Source: Selaginella moellendorffii (taxonomy: Eukaryota; Plantae; Lycopodiophyta). From it: a stretch of DNA of 64,000 nt. The notes beneath the pieces are model-generated. The model was not told the origin of the DNA. It did no database searches and saw only the letters and a list, made by a program, of their open reading frames with translations. Below are positions 36,260-48,176 of the stretch, piece after piece; position 1 is the first letter of the stretch; the number at the start of each line of letters is the position of its first letter. Made by a program: the position numbers and the translations under genes. The stretch spans positions 124,001 to 188,000 of the forward strand of contig NW_003314404.1 in assembly GCF_000143415.4 (NCBI RefSeq), written 5' to 3'.

Positions 36260-38198
36260 GAGTGATCTGAGAGGAAGAAGGTGCGCGGGGTGAGGCCGGA
36301 TCTGGATGTGAATGCTGCTGTGTGTGGAGGGGAAGCAGGAGTTGGTCCCGATTCTTTGGACGATTTTGATGATGACGCTTTCGAGGAGATTGATAGGCTT
36401 TGACGCGATGGAGGTTCTGCAGCAGACATGCCAACGTATCTCCGGAAGCTCAATGTGTCCCAAAGGGATGCAGCGCTACTTCTGATTGTTGCGGGGCCGC
36501 GAAGTGGAAAGGTACACACTTTTTTTTTTTTTTTCTTCATTGCTAGTTTTTCTGACTACTTCGATTCGTTTATCAGACCTCTACAATGGTCGCACGTATT
36601 CTGACACTGTTAAACGAGGTATGCAGTGCAGTGCAGTCCTCTCTCTCTCTCGCCCTCTTTTGTTGCAAAGCTCAAGGGTTCGGCACAGGGGGTAGACTCC
36701 AAGAACAATGACCTTCACAACAGCTGCTGCAACGGAGATGATGGACCGCGTCGCTGCTGTGGTGGGGAAGGAGGCGTCCAAGGAACTTATGATCTCGATG
36801 TTTCATTCCTTTTGTTTGCAACTCTGTCGCTCTCATGCGGAGAAGTAAGCTGTTCCCTAATGGTAAAAGCGTGCAGTGTACTGCAACATCCTTCTTTCAC
36901 ACAGCGTTAGCGGAATGTCACAACACTTGGGCATATGTACTCGTTGACGAATTCCAAGATACGAGTGTGATGCAGTACAAGCTTTTGCGGCTTCTTTCTC
37001 TGCACGGGAGGGTCACTGTGGTTGGGTCGGATATCACCAGGTACGTTCTGCTAATATTTAACTTTTGCTAGTCCGTTTTCAGCTTCAATGGTGCCAACTC
37101 TCTCGGTTTTTCCACATTCCGGAATGACGTTCCAAACTACAAAGAGGTCTGAAAACCTGAAATAAATAACGTAGTCATGTGAGTTGTTGTCTGCGTGCTT
37201 AGGTGAGACCACAACAAAATTATCGCTCGACTGGCTGCATTGTAGAAGCAGTGAGATGTTCAACATAATGATTCAGGCTGCAGTGCTAAAGTTGTGCGAA
37301 TGGATAACGATTTTGGAGAAAAGGTATCAGGAATTCAGAACATATATATTTTTGGTTCTCCAGACAGTTGTTATGGAGTGCCGAAATGAAGAAGCACAGT
37401 GCACATTTGTGGTCGATGAAATCCTGGAAATGGCATCAGTGGCCAGTGACATCAAGCCGGTGTTTGCAAACTTTGCTATACTCTACAGGCAACAGGTGTG
37501 TATTTGATTTCGTCATTTTCTCTTGTAGGTCACAGGCAAAATATTTCAATCTGCTTTCCGTAGTCGAAAGATTCCGTTCAATATGCATGGAGTAGCAGTC
37601 TACTGCAAGAAGGTTTCATGCTCGCTTTTCTTTTCTAGTTGGCTGACTTTCATTGCATATTGTAGGTGGTTAAAGACGTGATTGCTTTATTGTGGACATC
37701 CTTAGGAAGAAGTGGGACCGTGTTTGAAAGAAGAGTATTTAAGGCGTTATATCGTGGTGATAAAACGGAAAAAAGGAAGGTATGATATCTGTTTTGTGTC
37801 TTATACAGACATTGGGAATTTTCAGGCAGTGAAGTATGTTGCAAAAAATGAAATTTGTAGTTTTCTTGAAGCAGCAGAGATTATTTTTACGGCAAAAGTT
37901 TCGGGTGCCTTTAGCATTATAGATGCGTGGCCAAGGCCGTAAAAATCAGATTTTACGATGAATTGCATTTTGAACCAGGAACAATCTTTGTCGAGCCTAG
38001 TGACCGCTGTATTGAATATGCTATCTCAGGTAAGAGTAAGTTTCTCTACAAGATGCTTATCCTGTTATGCAGAGATGCTCTTTTGAATCTCGTGAACGAG
38101 GATGAAGATTGTCGGACTGTGAGCAAACATTCTTCTTCGAAATATGTCTAACTTGTGTTGGACTCCAGGTGTTGGACTATCTTTTGGATGATATTTCC
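36260..38198 (+). pseudogene. SRS2-like UvrD helicase pseudogene, 3'-truncated
   Basis: LLIVAGPRSGK|TSTMVARI (altered Walker A), TFTTAAATEMMDRV, VLVDEFQDTSVMQY, FSFNGAN, AILYRQQ, with introns and deletions. Confidence 0.9.
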
Positions 38199-38214
38199 CA
38201 GGAAACTAAGATCT

Positions 38215-38829
38215 CGTGCTATACCAGAGAATGGAAGACGAGCTAAATTGGCGGAGGCGCGAGCCAAAGCGGAGGCCGAAGAGCGGCAGAGACAACTTCG
38301 GGAGCAGGCAGAGGCCGAAGCCAACAAAGCGCTGGAAGAGGCGAAGGATGCCGCTGCTCTCGCCAACGAGCTGGAGGAAGAGGGAAAGGAGCTGGCTAAA
38401 CAGGAAGCACAGGCGGTTGCCAACCCTCAAAAGGCCAAAGACAAAGCCAAGGCTGCGGCAGCGTCGCTGGAAGTTCTGGGGGCAAAGATGAAGGATATTG
38501 GAGCTTCCATCAGCGAGACATCGCAGAATGGCTTGGGTGGTTTCTTCAAGCGAGGCACAGTGGCTGCCGAGAAAGAAGAAGAGAGTCAGGAGGAGGAAGA
38601 AGAAGTGAAGGCAAAGTTTGGTCTGGGAAACTTGTTTAAGAGGAGCAAGGCCACAGTATCACTCCATCGCAAGCAAAGAAAGTTCCTTCTACCAAAACGA
38701 AGACCCCAAGTCACGATTGCCACCACCGCCAGCGATGAGGACGAAGGCTCCGAGAGAGACGAGCAAGGCCCAAAGCTCGAGAGGAAAGAAGAGTACTGGG
38801 AGGATTGTTCAAGCTATATATATCGATGA
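38215..38829 (+). pseudogene. 3' fragment of a pTAC16-like plastid protein gene
   Basis: AIPENGRR...A.AEE followed by an A/E/K-rich coiled coil, as in the pTAC16 C-terminus. The 5' part is absent. Confidence 0.65.
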
Positions 38830-38931
38830 GTAACTCGATAGTATATTGTACAAACCATGATATCGTTTGTAAAGCAATCAAAAGGAGGTATTTTGCGTTG
38901 TATGCTTTTGTGCAGGAAGTTGCTTGCTGCT

Positions 38932-39150
38932 ATGACGCAAAGTGGTGTGCGCGGGATTGAGAGAGCAAGGCTGTGGAGAGATGGAGGAGGAGTTTGTGCT
39001 TTGAAGAATCAACCATGGCCATTGTCTCGTTTGAGAAGATTTAAGATTTCTTTGGTAGTAGCAGCAGCAGCTACTGGCGAGGAGGTCCTGATTGATGCGT
39101 TGGTTGGAGTTGGAGGGCGACGCCGGAGTGCAAGCCAAGAACAACTCAAG
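38932..39150 (+). pseudogene. Fibrillin (FBN10/PAP12-like) exon 1
   Basis: Transit-like peptide, then EEVLIDALVGVGGRRRSASQEQLK followed by a GT donor. Confidence 0.82.
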
Positions 39151-39167
39151 GTGATTTAAATCATTGT

Positions 39168-39410
39168 ACAAACCTTCTCAACAGACGTTAGTCCGTTGAA
39201 TCTTTACTCACAACCTTGCCTATAAGTAAAATGTATCTCATGTTGGTTTTGTTTTTCTTTTGTTTATATGTGTATGGATCTTAGGGGGCAAGCTTGGACA
39301 AGAACTTGAAGGTCTTGGAGTAAAAACGGTTGGAGATCTCTTGCAGTTTTCCGAAGTGAAATTGCAGGATATGTATGGCCCAAACACCGGGTAAGAAGCT
39401 TTATTCTGAG
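39168..39410 (+). pseudogene. POLH pseudogene, part 2
   Basis: KPSQQTLV...GGKLGQELEG-LGVKTVGDLLQFSEVKLQDMYGPNTG; resumes exactly where part 1 stops. Confidence 0.92.
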
Positions 39411-40105
39411 CTCTCTTCTTCAGCTTCTTCAGCTTCTTCTTCTTCCTCAGCAGCAGCATTAGGGTTCCAGCAGCATCAGCAGCATCAGCAAGTGCAGGAG
39501 TACGCGGCTCTGCTGCAGTCGTGCGTTGATGGGGGCAACCTCCTCCACCGGAGCATTGTCGCCAAGGATCTGGAGCAGCACGTCTCTCTCTGGAATTGCC
39601 TGGTAAACATGTACGTCCGGTGTGGGGATGTGCAGGTGGCGCACGCTGTGTTCGACAGGATGCAGAAGAGGAATATGGTGTCTTGGGCTGCCATGATCGC
39701 AGCAAATGCCCAGCACGGGCATTGGGTTCAGGCATTCCGACTGTTCCGGATGCGGGGCCCAACAGCCACACATTTGTGGCGCTGCTCAGCGCTGCTGTCT
39801 CCAAAACAGCAAATGGATCGAGTCGCTCATCCGTGAGAAAGAAGCTGGCATGGAAGAAGCCGGAGTCAGAGAAGAACCAACATCAACAACAACAACAACG
39901 GTGGTCGCAAGTGCCCTCATCAACATGTACACCAAGTGTGGCAGCCTGGAGAATGCAGTTGCTGTGTTTCAAGGGATGGCTTGCCAACAAAAGGATATTG
40001 TGTCTTGGACTTCACTTGTAGGAGCGTATGCCCAGCAAGGCCATTCTGTTGGTGCTGCAGTTCACTTTCAGCGCATGTTGCTTCAAGGCCTCATGCACAA
40101 CGAGG
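39411..40105 (+). pseudogene. PLS-class PPR fragment
   Basis: YAALLQSC, NCLVNMYVRCG, NMVSWAAMIAA, SALINMYTKCGSLENA. Confidence 0.88.
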
Positions 40106-41047
40106 ATTTCTGGCCGTGTGTGGGGATAAGATTCCACACACCATGTTGGGGAAGAATTGGGGCATTGGTTGCAGCGGGGATTTGCTGCGGTGGTCTGCCA
40201 GGTGAAATATGGTGCTGACCGTGTGATTATCTGTCTCCTGTGTTATGCTGTGGGGTCTGAGAATCCAAAGAACAGTGGGAATTGTGGGGGGGGGGGCAAT
40301 TGTAACTACCCTTGAAAGAGGAAATTGGTATACAGATTAAGCACATCTCCTGTCCAACACAATATCCCACCCCCTTTCCCGGGCCTTATCCAGATTCAAA
40401 ACGACCACATGGTCCCAGGTTTTCCAATACCGGATGCTATGCCCATGCCGCTTGTTGTATCAAGGTGATGCCGACATAATGGAGCAAGATCTCAACGTCC
40501 GAAGGTATTTGTTTTCATTTACTAGGATGCCATTCACTATAACATGTGTATAGGAATTTTTTCGTTGCCAATGGAGATGGTCTTCTGAAGGGTGTTGTAG
40601 ACAATGCTGCCGAGAACAGCTAGATATTTGTCACAGTTACGGAGCAGCCAAAACAGAAATATTCTCCAAGTGGCACAGAAAATGTGTCTCAGGAAAGGCC
40701 CCGGTTAACCCCCTCTTAGTCATTAGGATTAGTGCCTTCAGCCATGTGACTTTTCAATCTTTGGCTCCACCATTGGCGCTAGCATTGCTATCATCCTGCT
40801 ATTTTCTTCACTTTTACTAGTAGCTCTGCTCACATGTGCATACAAAGCTCTTGCAGAAACAAAGAAAGCTGAACAATTGCTAGGAATAATGTTCACTTTA
40901 ATAACCACCAGGTGCTTGACTTATGCATAGTAAACCACCTCCACATTGTGAAGGTTCTTGTTGAAAGTGTTAAACATGATTTTGATTCTACTTGAGTTTG
41001 TGTTTCATGTGTCTTCAACTTACATTTCTTGTTTGTGGTTGTTTGGA

Positions 41048-41195
41048 AAGTACTACACAATGATGAGGGGGCCTAAAAGGCTTGGAGTTACATTACATGG
41101 CCAGAATGCAAAGACTAGGTAAATGATTTTAAAGGTGCACAATACAAAAGATTCAACAGTTTGAAAGAGGCAAAGCTTTTCATTAATGAGGAAGA
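41048..41195 (+). pseudogene. Degenerate RNase H1 N-terminal / caulimovirus viroplasmin (hybrid-binding) domain
   Basis: KYYTMMRG...GV..TWPECKD*VNDFKGAQYKRFNSLKEAKLF. Confidence 0.8.
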
Positions 41196-41359
41196 AACAT
41201 GTTTTAAAGTTGTGGGCCAAATAGGGTGGTGGGAAGACCCCAAGTACTATGTCTGCATTGCCAGGTTTGTTGAGGGCCACAGCCAGGCCTCTTGAGGAAG
41301 TAGTAGTTAGTGCATCATAGGAAGAACAAAAATACATTCTAACAAATGACTGAGTTTAG

Positions 41360-43830
41360 AGTGTGAAATAATTGTATAAGAAAAATGTGAATAATGTGTG
41401 AGAGATGTAAGAAATAAAACATGTAGGAAATAGAATCTTAACTTATAAAAAATATAAGTGAAATAGTGTGTGAAATATGAATGTTATTATGTGAAATAAC
41501 ATGAATAACATGTGAAGTAATATGCAAATGTTTTTAGCTGTCTTTGAAATTTGTGTGAAGTATTCCATGTCAGAATATGTATGTGTTTACATATGTAAAA
41601 TCATATATAAATGTTACTAAATATGTAAGTTTCTATATAAAGTGGAAATCAATGTGTAATCAATTTAAAATTGACTATGCATCCACTGTACATAAAAATT
41701 ACAGATAGTTCACATATATTTTTTGTAACTCATAATGGTTTGATGCTCTGATTATAAAAAAAACTCTTGAGTAAATGAGATAAAAAAGAACAAAAAAAAA
41801 AAAAAACTGCAAAATGTGATCTAAATCATCCTATAAAGAACTTTTTTTAAACAAAAAGAAGAATAAAGAGAAAATGAATATAATGATGGTAATTTGATGC
41901 AACAAGTTTGATGTTTCTTCAGAGCCATGTGCATTATGTTCACTGATTATAGTAGTTTTGGTCCCAGTATTGAGATGTGACTTTTGAACAACAGCGGTTT
42001 CTTTGTCATTCATTAATGATACTCTGGTTTTATATGATTAAATTGTTAAGTACTACAGTTACATTGTCAACATTATCATATATGAGACTTGTACGTCCAT
42101 GACATATTCAATGGTAGCAATTCTCCTATCCATCTCTAGAAAGCAAAAGTGAAAACTACCAAAACACTTAACAACATTATGTGTGGGCAAAAAATGTATT
42201 TGTTTCTATGAACAAATTTGAGCAAGATATCCAGCAAACACCAAAAATAATAAATACTACTATGCAAAGGCCTTTTAGCTTCAAATTAAGAACATGATGC
42301 GCCATCTCTCGATTTCTTTAGTGTGAAAACTTCACTTACATAAATTGTATAAAAAAGAATGAAATTTTTATGTGGGATGTAAGAAATAAAACGTGTAATA
42401 TAAAAATGTTTTTAAGAAAAAAGTGAAATAGTGAGTAAAATGTAAATGTTTTTATGTGAAATAACATTAATAACATGTGAAGTAATATGCAAATGTTTTT
42501 AATTGTCTTTGACATTTGTGTGAAATATTCTATGTGAGAATATAAGTGTTTATATATGTGTAATAATATATAAATACTACGTATCACTAAATCTATAAGT
42601 TTTTATTTAAAGTGGATAGGCATTCACTTTACATAAAAATTACAGATAGTGCACATATAATTTTTGTAACTCATAATGGTTTGATACCCTGATTATAAAA
42701 AAACTCTTGAGTAAATGAGATAAAAAAGAACAAAAAAAAAAAAAAACTGCAAAATGTGACATAAATCATACTGTAAAGAACTTTCTTTAAACAAAAAAAA
42801 AGAATAAAGAGAAAATGAACATAGTGATGGTAATTTGATGCAACAAGTTTGATGTTTTTTCAGAGCCACATGTATTATGTTCACCAACTATAGTAGTTTT
42901 CATCCCAGTACTGAGGTGTGACTTTTGAACAACAGTGGTTTCTTTGTCATTCATTAATGGTACTTTGGTTTTATGTGATTAGATTGTCAAGTACTATAGT
43001 TACATTGTCAACATTATCATATATGAGACTTGTACATCCATGAAATATTCAAAACATATAAATGTTTTAGATTGTCTTCATGCTCTATTCAATGGTAGCA
43101 ATTCTCCTATCCATTTCTAAAAAGCAAAAGTGAAAACTACCAAAACACCTAACAACATTATGTGTGGGCAAAAAATGTACTCGTTTTTGTGAACAAGTTT
43201 GAACAAAATATCTAGTAAACACCAAAAATAATAAATATTGCTATGCAAAGGTCCTTTAGCTTCAAATTGAGAACAGTATGCACCACCTTTCGATTTCTTT
43301 CAGTGTGAAAACTTAACTTACATAAATTGTATAAAAAAGAATGTGAAATATATATGTGGGATGTAAAAATAAAACGTGTAATATAAAAATCTGTTAAAAA
43401 AAAGTGAAATAGTGTTTAAAATGTAAATGTTTTTATGTTAAATAAAATTAATAACATGTGAAGGAATATGCAAATGTTTTTAGTTGTCTTTGACATTTGT
43501 GTGAAATATTCCATGTGAAAATATAAGTGTTTACATATGTGCAATAATATATAAATACTACGTATCACTAAATCTATAAGTTTTTATATAAAGTGGATAG
43601 GCATCCATTTTACATAAAAATTACAGATAGTTCACATATAGGTTTTGTAACTCATGATGGTTTGATACCCTGATTATAAAAAAAACTCTTGAGTAAATGA
43701 GATAAAAAAGAATAAGAAAAGAAAGAAACTGCAAAATGTGATCTAAATCATCTTGTAAAGAACTATTCTTAAACAAAAAGAAGAATATAGAAAAAGTGAA
43801 AATGATTTGATGCAAGAAGTTTGATGTTTC
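41360..43830. repeat. AT-rich tandem repeat, about 0.95-0.98 kb unit, about 2.5 copies
   Basis: TACAGATAGT.CACATAT recurs at about 41700, 42641 and 43622. AAAAACTCTTGAGTAAATGAGATAAAAAAG occurs three times. Confidence 0.9.
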
Positions 43831-44194
43831 TTTGTTAACAAGACAATTAAACAACTTTTATGTTTTGATGGATAAAAACAATTCAATAGTCAACTTCATT
43901 TCTGCCAGCACACCAAAAACAATTAATTAGTTAGAGCCTAATACTAAGCTGGTTTAGTATTTGCTGGACATACAGCACAGCATGCGTTGCCCATTATTTA
44001 AGGAGCGAGCGTAGCTACAGGGCTCATTCACAAAATAGCTTGTAAGTTCTATGTTTCCTTGTTCTTCTTCTTTTTTGGACTGGCTACATTGGTAGGTGTT
44101 ATTTCTCACATATGTGTCCAATCTCTCATCTTTTAACTTCTGTTGAACAGGCAACTCTTGGGCATGCTCGAACAACTCCTGGTTTTGATGCTTG

Positions 44195-44670
44195 CAGGAA
44201 TTGAACTTCTATGGGCAGATCATTCTGGAAGGGGAAAGATCATGCAGAACGAGCATTTCAAAGGATGGAAAAACTTATGCATTCAGCTGCAAGCTCACCA
44301 CTGGTACTGACTACGACTCATCTCAGATTGGAGTTATAGAAGGCATACATTCAAAACATATGAATGCTTTAGATTGGTTTCAAGGGTGGTTTATGAATCT
44401 GGGAGTACTCGTGACTTTATCACTGATACTTTCACCATCGAGCTGAAGGATGGACCAGAGCTATTCACCTTCAACTCCAAAGGTGTTATTAATATTCAGA
44501 AAGCAAAGAACATGTTTCCAGTGAACGGTGGTATTTTTGGGGAGGACACAATCGTCGGCAGGTTTGTGCAAGAAGTGATTTATTCTCCTCCAAGTCTTTT
44601 GTTGAAGATCACTGCTACTCTCTACATCATGCCTTACTCATGTGGCTCAATCTCCATGAAGGTTGAGTAA
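44195..44670 (+). CDS. Dirigent / allene-oxide-cyclase-like beta-barrel protein; gene or pseudogene, 5' exons uncertain
   Basis: ELNFYGQ, IGVIEG, FTIEL...FTFNSKG, PVNGG resemble the dirigent-type pattern. Confidence 0.4.
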
Positions 44671-45395
44671 AATGCGCATGCTGCCCCCTATCCTTGCAGA
44701 TCCAATCTCAATAGAGATTGAGATAATAATAAGTCTTCACCAGTAAGTGTTCAAGTGTGAGCATTGGATAGATAGCATGAAAATATGCCAAACGCATTCT
44801 AGTCCCACTGGTAGACTCTTGCCCGAATCACAAATGCGGCAACCTCACAGTTGAGTATCCATTCTACATTGCAATTCGGCAGCAGCAGCTCACGGATCAC
44901 GATGCATGCAGCTCAGCCGGCTCCACTGCGAGCACAACATGACGCTCAGGCTGCCGCTGCATTCGCTACGAAGTCCTCAACTTCACCAGCCGGAATGTGA
45001 TCACCATCGATCCGCGCAGCTGCGACAGCAGCAGGAACTGATCCTCCACAACTTCTGCGGCCAGCTTCACGCTGCAGAATGATCCAAACTACGCCCTCTC
45101 CTACGGGAATATCCTCATGCTCTACAGCTGAAGCAACACCGCCGGATGCTTTAACAACTGGAGAGCCGCACAATCCACAGGCATGCGGACCACATGGAAA
45201 AAATTTCAGCACGGACGTCCAGCACATACTACCACCTGTCTTAAGCTCGCCTTTATTTTCAGTTGTCTTGTTGACATCAAAAAATTGAGCAAAGATATTG
45301 TGTGCAAATTTCTGTGGTGATGAGTCAATGGCTGAGCGCCCAAAGAAGCGATCAGATAATATTGAAGCCAGGATGTGGTTGTGGACCATGTGGTT

Positions 45396-46066
45396 ACAAA
45401 ACAATCGCACTGCGCATCTTCTCACAATTCATGTCACATTGTAAGTCCCAGCTAAACTTTTGTGTCATGGTCCTTACTTATCACTCACTGGAGGCTCCAA
45501 AGTTCTCCTCAAAGTTGCGGCCTTTAAGATATGGCGTAGACAAGATCGTAGACAGCCGATACCTCTTCGAGCGAAGCTTGCACAAGTTTTTCTCTCACCA
45601 CTCAGTTGGAAAGGAGCAAAGCGAGATAACCAGCAGCGCAGGAGTATCTGTTACTACCTCAAATATCATGGCAAAGCCGATGGTACGATTTTTTCAAACC
45701 ATTAGTAAGGATGTTGTTTGCTCTTTCCAGGGAGTGAATCCAATCACTCAGTGGCCTCCAGTAACAGGAGACCCTAGAAACGCCAGTGAGCAGCAACAAC
45801 AGTGCCCATCGATCTCCAAGGAGGTACGTCTTGAGGAAGACAGGGCTGGCGCTAGTGTTCCCACAGACGGCTCCATTCCGGAATCCCAACCGGAGAGGAA
45901 GGAAGAAACCGTGGCTTGGGAGTATAAGCAGGAAGAGGTCGATCACAGCGTGTTTGCAGAGCTTCCCTCTGAAATCCAGCAAGAATTACAGGGTAGAATG
46001 GGTGTCCAAAGCAACAAGCGAGGAAAGCCGACAACGATAGCGGGTTTTTTAAGCTCGAAAACGTGA
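45396..46066 (+). pseudogene. POLH pseudogene, part 3 (3' end)
   Basis: Inverted copy of about 19810-20606, ending EEVDHSVFAELPSEIQQEL...TIAGFLSSKT*. Confidence 0.93.
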
Positions 46067-46193
46067 TACAGTGCTAGTCAACGCGCTTGGTCAATTTAGT
46101 CAACGAGCACACTGCTAGAGTCAATGTGATCGCGGCGGACGTGTATACAGTTTATCTTCCCATCAAATTGTTTTCTAGAGTTTATGCTCCTCC

Positions 46194-48176
46194 ATGGCCG
46201 GGTCACGCAACACTTACTCCTTGAGCGGAAGGAGATCCTCAAGTGCCTGGCGCAGATCGGCGTGACCGACCTCTCGGAGGAGAATCTGGTAAAGCCGTCT
46301 AGGGAGATCATCTGGCCGCTGTACGAGAATCTGGTGCAATACCTTGCGGGAATCCCCAGGTAAGCGATGGATTCCATTCATTCTCCACGTGTGAGCGTCT
46401 TTCTCGTCTTAGGAATGAGCTCCAATCATATTTCGTTTACGAAACCCGCAACCTCTCTCAACCCTCAATCCTGACCGGAAGAACGATTGGAAAAAGCAAT
46501 TGCATGGACCCTATCGCGGGGAGGAAGTGGATGCAAAGAGCGTTGCTGCCACCAAACATGACTGACAGCAGCCCGTTCTTGGCGCCTTGGATTGCTGCGG
46601 CATCAGGAGCTCTATGCTGATTCAGTCGGGACTCTGGCGTCGTTTCGTGCGATTTCCAAGCTCATGCATGCCGTTGGTGTGGATGATTTCGGAACCAGGG
46701 ATATTTTCAGGCGGGAGCCGACTAGAACAGTGATCAACTTTGCGTACTTCGGGTGTGGCGTCTTTCTTCTTTTTTGTTTGATCACAAAGACTGCTAACTA
46801 CTTTTGATTTTGCATGGAGCGGAGAGGGAACTTCCAGATACCGAGACGACAGAATCCAGCAATTGGAAGAAACCAGGATACAGGTGAGAAGGCTGCTTTC
46901 TTTCCGTGTTAAGATGGACAAGAACATGCTAATCTCTTCATCTTTAGCTTCAAAACGCAATTGCTCAAGACGAGGCGGAGCGAAAGCTGAGGAGCCTCAA
47001 GTCCAGAAATTGCCCGTGGAGGCGAAAGAACTGGAGCAGAAAATCTACGATCTCAACAAACAACAAGCCGTGTTGCAAAGCGACATACGTGGCATCAAAG
47101 AGGAGCTGAATTGTGGAGTGTTTTTTCTTCTTCTTAAACAGTGAGATGTTGGTGTGTATTTAGATTGTAAGCGAGAAAGCCTCTGTTTCTCAAATGAAAC
47201 AAGAAGGGTTCCAGCTGCGGACACAGATTGTACAATCTCCCGACAAGCTTCGGGTAAGCTCTGAAATTCTATATTCTACTTTTCCTTTTTTCTTGTTCTT
47301 TTCGGTCTAACGTTGCGCTCCCTTTCCAGAAAATGCTTGAAGACAGGAGGGCGGCTGTTCAGAATGCGGAAGCTGAGGTTGAATCGGCCCGTCAATCCGT
47401 CGAGGAAGCACAAGTACGAGGCATACACAAAAGTGCGTTAATTTTTTTTTTAATATTTTTTTTGTCTTTCCTTGGCCGAGCAAAACTTATATCATGTTGC
47501 AACCTCTTAGGCGAAAAGGAAAGTGCAAAAATGCCTTGATATGATGGACTCGCTGAACAAGCAGGTAATTTCGTTACTCTCGCTCGACTAGCACGACGGA
47601 TTGACTTGTTTTGCTGTACAGGCGGCTCTTCAGAAGAAAATGGTGAAAGATTCGAAGGAGATGAAGGTGAAACTTAAAGAGAATGAAGAGAAGCATTCGG
47701 TTATCAGTGTGCAGCTGGCTCTTGGTATTCACATGTGATACTAACTCAAGTATCTTTCAGGCCAGCACTTTCACAATCTACTGGAGAAGCTAGATTCGTC
47801 CTTCGACGTCAAGTGCCAGGAGACGGTCAAGGAGCTTGAAGATTTCAGGTTGCAAAATGCGCCCCTGATTGATCAACTGGATAAACAGGAAGAGAAAATC
47901 GCGAGAAAGCAAGACGAGGTACGAACGCTTAATTTGGTTTGTTCTTCAGATTCAAATTCTTTTGCAGGTGGAAATTATCACAAGTAACTTAAACGAGGCT
48001 CGGTCGAAGAAAGAAGCCGGGCTCAAGGCCTTTCACGACGAAGTGGAGCTGATACAAAACGAGGTAATGGACAAGGCTTATATTTGTGGGTCTAAGGCGC
48101 CAATTTTCAGGTCCTGAGATACAACGAGGACTCGATGAGAGTGATTGAGTCCTCCAGTGGACGTTTCATACAATGA
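46194..48176 (+). pseudogene. NUF2 pseudogene (full-length inverted duplicate with deletions and a ~140-bp insertion)
   Basis: Collinear reverse complement of 17740-19662. Frameshifting deletions; foreign sequence at about 46425-46565. Confidence 0.93.

Noticed and set aside
44780-45290. Possible PLP-enzyme (cysteine synthase-like) fragment
   Set aside because: Only a weak GGS..AAVAAA resemblance; not enough to call.
45302-46066. 254-aa ORF as a new gene
   Set aside because: POLH pseudogene exons plus retained introns; lacks the catalytic domain.
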